Under the pieces are notes generated by a model. That model was given only the letters and a program-made list of their open reading frames with translations. It was not told where the DNA came from and did no database searches. Below, in pieces: positions 23,398-35,099 of a stretch of DNA of 64,000 nt. The DNA is taken from positions 92,938,001 to 93,002,000 of the forward strand of contig OZ024741.1 in assembly GCA_964016885.1 (NCBI GenBank), given 5' to 3'. The position numbers and the translations under genes are program-made. Numbering within the stretch: position 1 is the stretch's first letter; each line of letters begins with the position of its first letter. The stretch comes from Eledone cirrhosa. Its lineage: Eukaryota.

Positions 23398-26300
23398 CAC
23401 CGTGTAATATATTTTTTGTTCCCTGGTTCTAAGTATCATTTCCTGGTTTGTTATATCCCATTATTATAAAAAAAACACTATTATTTAATTAGAAGTTTGG
23501 GTTTGTAGTCAGGAGTTTGATATTTCGAAATTTTCATATTTTTCAAGAAAAAACACATTTAAAAAAAATTTATCAGTTCATATAATTAAATCAACAGAGT
23601 ATATATTTGTTTTATTACACAAGCTTATCAAAAGCAAACAAGTAAAAACAAATAACACTTATAAAGCAACTTATACACATCAGAAATGACTGGATTTCCT
23701 GGATTTGCGGTTGTAGTCCAGGTCGCATTTCCGCACTAGCCCCAGATATAGTCTCCCATCATTTTTTCATTGTAGTGGCCCTGATACCTCCGCTCTATCT
23801 CTTTCACATCTTGGTGGAATCGTTCGCCTTGTTCTTCTGAGTAGGCGCCCATATTTTCCTTGAATTTTTCCAGGTGAACGTCCAGCATATGGAGTTTAAG
23901 CGACATCCTGCATCCCATGGTGCCAAAAGCCTTTATCAGATCCTACACCAGTTGTTGGTAGTTTTCAGCTCTGTAGTTTCCCAGGAAGCCCTTAACAACT
24001 GCCTTGAAACAGTTCCATGCTGTTCTCTCAATCCTATTGAGCTTATTGGAGAACTTGGTAGACTCAAACACCTTCTTTATCTGAGGTCCAACAAAAATTC
24101 CACCTTTGATTTTGGCCTCAGATAACTTGGGGAAGAACTCAAGAAGGTACTTAAAAGCAGCTGATTCTTGGTTGAGAGCCTTCACAAACTGCTTCATCAA
24201 CCCCAACTTAATGTGCAGTGGCAGCATGAGCACAATCCTGGGATCAACCAGTGGCTCCCACATGACGTTCCGGGTCCCAACTACAAATTCTGTTCGCCAC
24301 TCCCAGTTCTTTCTTTTGTAGTGGTCAGAGGTGGCTCTGCTGTCCCAAAGGCAGAGGAAGCATTGGAATTTGATAAAGCATCCTTGGAGTCCAAGCAGGA
24401 AAGCCACCATCTTGAAGTCTCCAATGATTTCCCACTGGTTGTATTGCAGAGCTTCCAAGAGGACTTTCACACTGTAGTAATCTTCCTTCAGGCAGACTGA
24501 ATGAGCTAGGGGCAGTGTTGGGAACTTGTTTCCATTGTGGAGGAGGACAGCTTTCAAACTTGTGGTGGAGCTGTCTATAAATAGCCGCCACTCCTTGGGC
24601 ACAAACGGCACCCCAATAACGTCAAATAGTCCAGGCACGTCATGGCAGAAGCAGAGGCCATCCCTAAGAGTGTAAAAGCCTGAGAAAGGTTTGTGTCGAC
24701 TTCTCTGACTTGTCACCTGCACTTGACAATCACCTGATCACCTATAGATCCGGGGAACACACAAGCCAGGTAGATTATATCCTTACCAGAAGACGTGACA
24801 GAGTGTCTGTTGTAAACACTAAATCCCTCCCCCATGAAGAATGCACCTCCCAACATAGACTGATAATTAGCGACCTCATAGTCAGGACGAGACGTACTCG
24901 ATAGCAGAAGAGGACTACCCTCAAGAGAAAAATATGGAAGCTAAAGGACCCCACAGCCAGAAATAAATTTCAAAGCATATTACTTGATGCTTTCGACAGT
25001 AAGGAAGAGCATTTAGAGTCGCACAATATAGAGGGACAGTGGGAATTTCTGAAAGCAAACCTGCTGATGGCGACAGACGAAGTCTGTGGCTGGAGCAGGC
25101 CTGTTGGCAGGAGGAGAGTAACATGGTGGTGGAACAGTAAGGTGGAGGGGTCAATTAAGGCCAAAAAGCAGGCTTGGAAAGTATGGCGGGATGGGGGAAG
25201 TAGAGAAGACTATCAAGTGGCCAGGAGGGAAGCTAGGAGAGAAGTGTACTTAGCAAGAAGGGAAGCAGAGGAAAGAAAGTTCAAGCATGTTCTACAACGT
25301 GAGGACCAAAAACGTGAGGTGTTCAGGATTGCTAGGCAATGTGTCAAGGAAAACTGTGATATTGTCGGGGAGAAGTGTGTACTTAATGATGACGGCGTAC
25401 TTGCCATCACCGACGCTGATAAGAAGGTAGCTTGGAAGTGTCACTATGAAAGGCTACTAAATGAGGAGAATAAATGGGAGAAAGACAGTCTCCCCCACAT
25501 CGACCCAATAGAGGGACCAGCAGTGTTAGTCGAGGGTAGTATAATAAGTAAGGCAATCAAGGATATGAAGACGGGTAAGGCGGCTGGGCCTTCGGAAATA
25601 GTTGCTGAGATGCTGAAGGCATCTGGCACGGTGGGACACACCATGGTCACCCGGATAGTTAACCAAGTCGTACAGAATGGGGTTGTTCCGAAGGACTGTC
25701 ATAGCAGCATCATCGTTAACTGTTATAAGGGTAAAGGAGATGCCCTAGATAGGAGTAACTATAGAGGCATTAAATTAATCGCCCAGGTCATGAAGGTCAC
25801 GGAAAAAGTAATAGCGCAACTAATCAGAGAGAGAATTGACCTAGATGAAATGCAGTTCAGGTTTGTGTCAGGCAAAAGTACCACAGATGCTCTTTTCATT
25901 GTACGTCAACTACAGGAGAAGTACCTAGCTAAAGGTAAACCCCTCTACTTAGCTTTTGTCGACTTGGAGAAAACCTTCGACAGATTCGCCCGTTCCATTA
26001 TCTGGTGGGCCCTTATAAAACTAGGTATCGACGAATGGCTTGTGAGAGCTATACAAGCCATGTATAAAGAAACAGTCAGCAAGGTTAGAATTAACAACGA
26101 ATATAGTGAAGAGTTTAGCGTAAAAGTTGGCGTCCATCAGGGCTCTGTTCTCAGCCCCCTACTATTTATTATTGCCCTTCAGGCTATAACAGAGGAGTTC
26201 AAGACCGGCTGCCCATGGGAACTCCTATATGCAGATGACCTGACACTCATAGCTGAATCAATGGCCGAGCTAGAGAAGAAATTCCAAACATGGAAGCACG

Positions 26301-28047
26301 GCCTAGAATCAAAAGGCCTTAAAATTAACCTGGCTAAGACTAAAGTTCTAGTTTGTAGGAAAGAAAATAAGACGGCGGTCCCTTCCGGGAAATGGCCTTG
26401 CTCAGTGTGTAGGAAAGGCGTAGGTAGAAACTCCATTTTATGTCCCAAATGCAAAGTATGGGTGCATAAAAGATGTAGTGGGATCACAGGTAAGCTAACT
26501 AAGAACATAGATTTTACATGTGGGCGGTGCTCTGGTGCAATAAGTAGCAGCAAGTGCCCACAAAATACTAGCTCTTACAACTGCACAGAGGGCTCTATAG
26601 AAATAGTGGACAGCTTCCGTTAACTGGGTGACAAAATCATCAGTGGGGGAGGGTGCTCTGAAAGTACAGTAGCTAGAGTCAGAACTGGATGGAAAAAGTT
26701 CAGAGAGCTTATACCACTATTAGCCGCTAAAGGGTTCTCCCTAAAAATGAAAGGCAGGTTGTATGATGCCTGCATACGAACAGCAATGTTGCATGGCAGT
26801 GAGACCTGGGCATTGTGTGCAGAGGATATACGCAGACTAGAGAGGAACGAAGCTTGCATGCTCCGCTGGTTGTGTAATAGTAATATACGTGAACGGCAAA
26901 GCATAAACGAACTAAGGAAAAAATTGGAAATAAGAGGGATCAGATGTTGTTTACTCGAGAAAAGGCTACGTTGGTATGGACACGTGATGCGCATGAAAGT
27001 CGATAGCTGTATAACAAAGTGCAGGGCAATAAAGATAGACGGTAGCCACGGAATAGGCAGACCTAGAAAATCCTGGGACGAGCTGATAAACTCCGACCTC
27101 ACACACTTACACCTCACCAAGACAATGTCACTGGACTGAGACCTTTGGCGGTACTCAGTAATAGTGAAGACCCGCCTTACCTAAATACATAGTAAAACCT
27201 ACTACAGCCAGTAGGCATCTCTAACAAAATACACCCCCGTCCCACTACCCCCACCCCATCCACACCACCCCTTTCGATGTAAAGTTATGTTGGTGCCACA
27301 CCATCCAGGCCGAAACAAATGAGATCGTGTAGGTGTCACGACAAAAAAACACACAGTCCACGCTGTAATGTGGCCATGTAGGCAACACGGTAAAAACCTC
27401 CCAGACCCACACTGTAAATGTGGTTGGTGTTAGGAAGGGTATCCAACTGTAGAAAACCTGCCAGACAGTCCTATGCGAGCAAGACAATCACTCTTGCCTC
27501 AAGTGGGAATACCCCCGTCCAAACCCATGCAAGCGTGGAACACGGACGTTAAACGTTGATGATGATGATGATGATGATGATGACTTCCTCCTTGACCAAG
27601 TTCCACTGCTTCATCCTGGAGATGAATAGCTCTGCATTGGACTTGGTCAGACCCATATCCCTGACCAAGTCATTGACTTCTTTTTGGTTTGGGAAGTGAG
27701 GAACTTTTTCTGGTACCCCAGTATCAATAAATCTCTTTAATCCACTTTTTAACAATTTTATACTTTATTGCACTTTTATAATTTTCTTTAGGTATTACTC
27801 TTTATTTTATAATTTTAATTTAACCTGAAACATATATTAAAAAAATCATTTAACATAAGCAAATTAAACTTACATACAACATAAAATCCAGCATACAAAT
27901 AATTCTAGTGAATAGCTTAGAATTTTTACAAACCCAAACTTTTAACTGTTTAATAGCACTTTTTTTTTATTTATTTGGGACCTAAGCAACACAAAAAAAG
28001 TGATTACAAGCCAGGAACAGAGAAAAAATTTTTTTTGTTACACAGTG
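23398..28047 (-). mobile_element. Chapaev3-like (CMC) DNA transposon interrupted by an RTE LINE
   Basis: Transposase motifs WRLFIDSS..SLKAVLLHNGN, LHIKLGLMKQFVKAL, MSLKLH and SEEQGERFHQD; frame resumes at 27587-27725; imperfect TIRs CACCGTGTAA../..TTACACAGTG. Confidence 0.82.
24725..27582 (+). mobile_element. RTE LINE, 5'-truncated with stop codons, near-identical to the 49007 copy; inserted in a DNA transposon
   Basis: ORFs 24710-24904, 25067-26623 and 26747-27139; (GAT)n tail; ACTT present at both junctions. Confidence 0.95.
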
Positions 28048-29556
28048 TTATTGCTAGGGACCTTATAAATATAATCACAAAAATATATAATCAAAGTGAG
28101 AAAAAAAACTATCAATTCAACACTAAGTGCATCAATCAATCACAGACCTCAAGGGTCATGGGAAATTTTTGAGGCAAGCCAACATGCTCACAGCATTACT
28201 GCAGGTGATGGCGAAGCTAAGGCACTGAAACAACCCTCATGGGCATCATTTGACACCTCGGGAAGGTGAGCCGCTAACGATCACAAGAATTTCACTGTCA
28301 GCAGCCCAGCTCCCCTATACGTCTTGAACACCACAAGCCGGAGAAAATAGTTAGTTGATAATACCCAGTATTTTAGGATTTCATTCCATTTGGCACTGCA
28401 AGCAAAGACCCTTCACATCCAGGATGTGGGAGGGAGTAAAAAAGTTTCCCAGATGAGACATCTACCTCTTACTCAGGAACAAAGGGTATGACCATCTATC
28501 TCTTCGCATCAGTTCTGGATTATCCTGCCAGCTCCAGAACTGAGAGGATACTTACTGGAGCTAGGGCACAGTTAATAATCAAGTTTAGCTCAGTCTGGCA
28601 GGCAAAGTGACCACATACAGGCAGCTAGACAAACTATGGAGGCTTGTGGAGTCAAGGTGTCTACCACAGCAACATCTCAGACCCCACCCCCTATAGATAT
28701 CAGCTCTCACAATGCCTACATGGAAACTGACCAATAAACAAACTAGCTAGAATTAAACCAATTCATTTAAAACTATTAGTCTATTTAACTTTGTTGTTAA
28801 CATATATCTAATGAAATCCACTGCCAGATTTTCAAGAATTTAGTAATATAACCAGCTTTGACATTATTAATCTGGTGTTTAGGGTGGTAGAATAGCAGTA
28901 TCAGTAGAATGTCGGACAACACACTTCTGTGACATATAGTTACAGCCTTTTACATTCTGAGTTCAAATCCGACCAAGATTGGCTTTGCCTTTCATCCTTA
29001 CAGAGTTGATAAAATAAAGTACCAGTAATACACTTAGGTAGATTTAATTGACTTTCCCCTCCCCCAAAATTGTTGGCCTTGTGCCTAAATCAGAAACCAT
29101 TCTTAACCTAATGTTTAGAACATAAGTTAAACAAAGGTTCTTACATAAAATTATGATGGAAGGTTTTTGGATAAATATAAACTCAGTATAATAAACTGTT
29201 TTATATCATAGAATCAGGCAGATTCTATGATATATATAATAGTTTCAGGCAGATTGGTATCAAATGGATTAAATAGAAAGGTAACACACACAGACACACA
29301 GAATATTTAGTAAGTTGAAACTTTATTGTAAAAGGAATTTTTGTGTTTTAAAGTTTTATATTCATTTTATTTTATGCACAAAATCATCATCAACATTATC
29401 ATTTTGACATCAGATTTTCCATATCAGAGAGGTCCTTTCTAGCACAACCCCCTCTACTCGTATAACAGCTTGCTTGTGAAATTAATGTGCAAGTGGTAGA
29501 GCACTCCACAGACACATGTACCCTTGGTGTAATACTCAGGGAGATTCAGAGTGACT

Positions 29557-30402
29557 GATGCCTGTATACAAACAACAATGTTACATGGCAGTGAGACATG
29601 GGCTTTGTGTGCAGAAGATCTGCGCAGACTGGAGAGGAATGAAGCATGCATGCTCCGTTGGATGCGTAATAGTAATATACACGAACGGCAAAGCATAAAT
29701 GAACTAAGTGAAAAATTAGGAATAAGAGGGATCAGATGCTGTTTACTCGAAAGAAGACTACATTAGTATGGCCACGTGATACGCATGAAAGACGACAGTT
29801 GTATAAAAAAGTGCAGGGCGATCAAAATTGATAGAAATTACAGAGTAGGTAGAACCAGAAAAACCTGGGACGATTTGATAAATTCTGACTTACACCTCTT
29901 ACACCCTCACACACTTACACCTCTCTAAGAAAATGTCACTGGACCGGGAGCTTTGGCGCTACGCAGTAATACAGAAGACCCGCCTTGCCTATGTACAAAG
30001 CGAAACCTACAGTCAGTAGGCACCTCTTAACCAAATATATACCCCATCCCACTACCCCTACTCCACCCCACCCCACTCCCACCAACACCACCCTTTCTCT
30101 GTAAAGTTATGTTGGTACCACAACATTGAGTTCAAAATAAATGAGGTCGTGTAGGTGTCACGACAAAAAAACATAGTCCACGCTGTAATGTGGCCGTGTA
30201 GGTAACACAGTAAAAACCTCCCAGTTCCACACTGTAAACGTGGTTGGTGTTAGGAAGGGCATCCAGCCGTAGAAAACCTGCCAGACAGCCCTATACGAGC
30301 GAGATATAGTCACCCAACCAATCTTGCCTCAAGTAGGACAATTCCCGTCTAAACCCATGCTAGCGTGGAAGATAGACGTTAAACGTTGATGATAATGATG
30401 AT
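29557..30402 (+). mobile_element. RTE LINE 3' fragment
   Basis: DACIQTTMLHGSETW...; 3'UTR like 27180-27580; GAT tail. Confidence 0.9.
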
Positions 30403-30895
30403 AGTGTGTAACAAGACTGGCCATTTGAATTACCACTACAGTCCATCTGATAGGCTTCCATACAATTTCCGTCTACCCAATTCCACTCACAAGTCAACAC
30501 AAGGCTCTGGTGAATGAAACTTGCTCAAGAAGCCAAACAGTAGGATTGAACCCAGGACCTTAAGATTGCAAAGCAAACTTCTTAAACATTCAGCCTGTAT
30601 CTACAATGGAGGATCTATCATGATAAAATAGATATTAGCGTTACCCTAACTTCAAAGGACATAATATGTCACCATTTTTATTTTAAAAATTCATCACTTG
30701 ACTTAAATGGTTTCAGTTTGTTGTTTTGAGAATACTTGTCAAAATATAGGCTTTATCTTGCTAAATGTTTTGGTATATGTGTAAATTATTTATTGTTATA
30801 TATTACTACAATTACACAAAGGGAGATCCATTCATACATAGAGAGTGATAATATGCATGCATGTGTATGTATGTATGTGTGTGTGTATATATATA

Positions 30896-31941
30896 TCTAC
30901 TTATATATATAACCAGCAATTTCTCTGTCTGTCTGTCCAACAGTGGAAACATGTGCGTAGAGAGAGAGTGAGAGTGAAAGAAAGAGACAGACTACGAGAG
31001 GGGGATAGCGGGAGGGAGAGAGGGAGAGAGAGAGTAAATAGACGCTAAAACACGTGCTACAGAAATATTACCTTCCCCTTCCTTTCTCCACTTTGGTACT
31101 ACCAAGAGAAACACTGTCGCTATAGAAACATTACCTTCCCCTCTCCACTGACTTTGGTCACTGAGGCCGAGGGAATCGCTGGAGACACCTTGCACAAGCC
31201 AGAAGTAACCAGTTCGAGGCGGTTCTGACTTGACACCATGCAAAGAAGGTTGTCATTGAATTTGTGGTTTGAAGAAGGTTGCCATTGAATTTGTGGTTGT
31301 TGTTGCTGATAATAAGGACCATTTGAAGAAGGTTGCCATTGAATTTGTGGTTGTTGCTGCTGATAATAAGGACCATTTGAAGAAGGTTGCTTCTGATGAG
31401 GTAATTTATTAATCAGATTGCACAGTTCCATAACCTACGTTTGATTTGTTCTATTTTTTTCTTCAATTTTTTTTTTTTTTTTTTTTTTATTTCTTATTGA
31501 AAAAATATAAATAATAAAATAAGGTTAGAAATTTAAATAGAATTAAATACGATTTAATTTCCATTTCCAGCAGCCAATGTCCAGTGTTCAATTTCATGAA
31601 AAAATTGGAAATAATTCAAAAAATTGAAGTTTAACTTTTGAACATTTGTTCTGACAATAAAAAAATATTTCCTTATTCACACCTAATGGTATGATTAAAA
31701 TTTCATAGGAATATTTTTTTCTAACCGCCAGTTATTCATTTTCTCCTTTTTCGTTTTAACATATATTTATTTCAAAGATTTCACCATATAGATAACATAT
31801 ATATTTATACATGCATAAAAGACACACCGAGAGACGGTGAACATGTGGTGCCGAAAACATTTCTCATCCAAATCTCAACAATATCAGTATATACACTAGA
31901 TTTGCTAGCAGAAAACCGCCCACCGGGTGGTTTTCTGTTAG
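30896..31941 (+). mobile_element. Probable non-autonomous Helitron with internal tandem repeats
   Basis: TC..tatatataa..ctgtctgtctgtcc start; 3' hairpin cagaaaaccgccc..gggtggttttctg + TTAG. Confidence 0.5.
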
Positions 31942-33995
31942 TCTATATATCTAAAACAGAGATAGTCTGTTTGTCTGTCTGACTCCCTAAAACTTGAGAA
32001 CCACCCAACTGACTTTTTTCAAACTTTACACATGTAATATTTATGGTCCTGTGAGTGTTTTGAGCAAAAAAAATTTCAAATGTTCAATTCCCTAGGGACC
32101 GTATTAGACGATTTAGTGATCTCTCTCTCTATAATTCTTAGTCTTTCTTTTTAGATAGATACATAGATATAACGTTGCACCCTTATAATATCTGTGTGTA
32201 TGTCTGGCTGTCTGCATAACGACATTATGACGTCGCTATCTGTGTGTGTGTATGTATATATATAGTGTGTAACGTTTTTCGAAATATTTACTTCTGCGTT
32301 CACAGATTGATTTTTTTTAGTTTCAGAAGATCCCGTTAAGGTGAAAGCAGCGATTCTTTGCTTAAACTTTAATATGTTATTTTAATATATATATATACTA
32401 GCAGTTTAGCCTCGCGTTGCTCGGGATTGTTCATTTGCTCTGAAAAGTTACATACAGGTAAACGTGGCTTGAAAGCGAATAAGCTTATCAATTAAGTCCA
32501 TAAATCAGTTGAACCAGTTATTAAAAGTTACGAACCAATTAGCATTTTGGGCAATCAATGATGGATTAATAATCTTCCAATAGCGAATTTAGCAGACCAA
32601 AGTTGCAAGATGGTGGCCCTGATGCCGCTGGGTGTCAGATCTGTCCGCCATGGGTGACCCTACCAAGAAATAGTTTTCCAAATGGCATAGCTCCAACACT
32701 TCCAACACCTACACCAACATCTATAGCACCTCTTTGTAGACGATATTGCGTGTCATCCCTTGAGGAGTGTAAGCAAAAAGTCCATTCCTGCTCCCTACGC
32801 GGGAACATGCAGCATAAAGTTGGCCATGGGAGAAGCATGGCTTCCCCAAATGGATGCCCCCCACCGACAATGTTTGCCCTTGTGACTTGTTAATGGACAT
32901 GGCAAAACATGATCTCACTGGGAATTGGGATTGCCGGAAATCGAACGGGATATCGGACGCCGAGGGGAAAAGGTTCATCCTTGGCAGTGTATTAGGTAGA
33001 ATTGCCAGAAGTACAACACTATGGGTGTTGTCATATTAATATTTAACCAATGAAAGTTGTAAAAAATAAATAATTTAAACATTCTGATTCATATGTCTAT
33101 AGCATTAATCTGTTATATGAAGTGTTATTTTGCGGGTTGTTATTTGCAATAAGCCGATTTAAAATACCAAAAAAAAGCCGTATGTCAATACGGAACTCCA
33201 ATGACTCCCCCAGCAGTTAAATTATAGAGAGGAGGAATAATCTATTATAGAGAGAGAGAAGAGCGATGGAGAGAGTAAAGCTAAGAAACTATAGGGAGGT
33301 ATGTTAAACCTCAAAGCATGAAGAGAGTAAAGCAGTTAAATTATAGAGAGGGGGAATGATCTATTATAGAGAGAGGGAAGAGCGACAGAGAGAGTGTTAT
33401 GACTATGTTTGTTGTTGTATAAAATGATGTGTTGCTTAGTTTTCAAAGTTTATGTCGCGTTCCTGAATGAAGTTTTGTCGCTGTTGGGTAGTAGAGAGAG
33501 TGAACAAGCGTGTAAGAGAGAGGGTTACAGCATGTTTTTAGTTTTATCGATTTTTTCATAGAAGCAGGACATTTTTGGCAAAGTTTATTACGCGTTGACC
33601 ATCGTTGGTAAATTTGGAGCACATTGGGAAAAAAATCAGCAAAATCGGTAGAGAAATGTGGAAATGCATAAAAATCATACACACACACACAGAAAGACAT
33701 CTTCTGTTTTATATATATAGAGATATATATATATAATTATATATTTGTGTACAGATATTTTTGCATACACAATAACAAAATATAAACAAAAGTATTTATT
33801 TTGCGATAAAGTATTAATTTTCTTCGCGTGGAAAAAAACCGTGGTAATCTACGACAAATTTTTTTTATAAGCACAAAATGTAGACACCATCCCGAGGCCG
33901 AGGTATTCCATGCTTTTCTGTACTGTTTCAGAAAGGAGGGATAAACATGCCAATCTATGTTTAGAATTCCGAGCAATGCCGGGCCATTCTGCTAG
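31942..33995 (+). mobile_element. Non-autonomous Helitron hosting the nested minus-strand Helitron
   Basis: 5' TCTATATATCTAAAAC..gtctgtttgtctgtct; 3' ccgagcaatgccggg..CTAG. Confidence 0.65.
32398..33721 (-). mobile_element. Non-autonomous Helitron with PIF1-type helicase C-terminal fragment (32721-32978)
   Basis: QFPVRSCFAMSINKSQGQTL..FSHGQLYAACSRV..TRNIVYKEVL; 5' TCTATATATATAAAA; 3' GC-rich hairpin + CTAG. Confidence 0.85.
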
Positions 33996-34048
33996 TATAT
34001 ATATATAAATTGTATCTCATCTAATTTGACTCTTTCTGTTTGTGTGTA

Positions 34049-34087
<39 letters not shown>

Positions 34088-34344
34088 GGAATTTTACCCG
34101 CCCTAGAATATATATATATATAATATATATAAGAGATAAGACACTCTATTCTGAAAGGCTAAAATGAATCACTAGAGTTGATTTGGCTTCGTTCCAGTCA
34201 TCCATCCATACAAATTTTATGAAGGTATTTCAACTCCCAAACACATTTACTTCGTTATTCTCCTACCATGCTGACTCTGTCTCTGTCTATTTTTCCATCA
34301 AAGGCTACAGGCCATGACGGGCTATTATTATTAATATTATTCAC

Positions 34345-34530
34345 GGGCGGTGAATTGGCAGTATCGGTAGAGGGTCGGACTCCATACTTTCCAGCATAGT
34401 TACGTCCCTTTACGGTCTGAGTTCAAATCCCGTCGAGGTTAACGTTGCCTTTCATCCTTACGGGGTCGATAAAATAAAGTACCAGTAATGTACTGGATAA
34501 TTGCTGGCCTTGTGCCAAAAAGTAGAAACA
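34345..34530 (+). mobile_element. tRNA-derived SINE, second family (other copies at ~21330-21520 -, 28885-29100 +, 41410-41550 +, 42135-42500 -, 52830-52965 -)
   Basis: tggcagtatcggtag A box; gagttcaaatccc B box; shared gcctttcatcctt..gtcgataaaataaagtaccag. Confidence 0.75.
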
Positions 34531-35099
34531 ATTATTAATATTATTGTTGATGTATTCTATCGGCTACTTTGCCATGCGGCGACCCTCTCTCTCTATGATG
34601 GCTACCCCCTCTCTATCTCTCTCTCAATGATGGCTACCCTCTCTCTATCTATCTCTAAGCCCCCCATTACCTCCCGTTCCCTCTTCACCCATTCCACCTC
34701 ACTCATCTTGAAGCTATTGAAGAAGAGATAAGACACTCTATTCTGAAAGGCTAAAATGAATCACTAGAGTTGATTTGGCTTCGTTCCAGTCATCCATCTT
34801 GATGGCGACCCTCTCTCCCTACCTCACAATTTCCCTCCCGCCCACCACCTCACACCACCATAGACTATTCGACCAATCAAACCTCAGCATGCCATTTCTT
34901 CTGCTACTACTACCTAACTAACTCTCTCCTCCCATGTCCCAGCCCAACACACCCTGCCATTATTCCACCACCACTGTTCTTCTAGCCCTGAATTTTCCTA
35001 CCGTTATGGATGGATGAGCTGAGAATAAATTTGAGCAACTCTGAATTAATAGATGAAATATGAATTTGCGAGCTACCAAGCACCCATGTGAAGCGCCAA

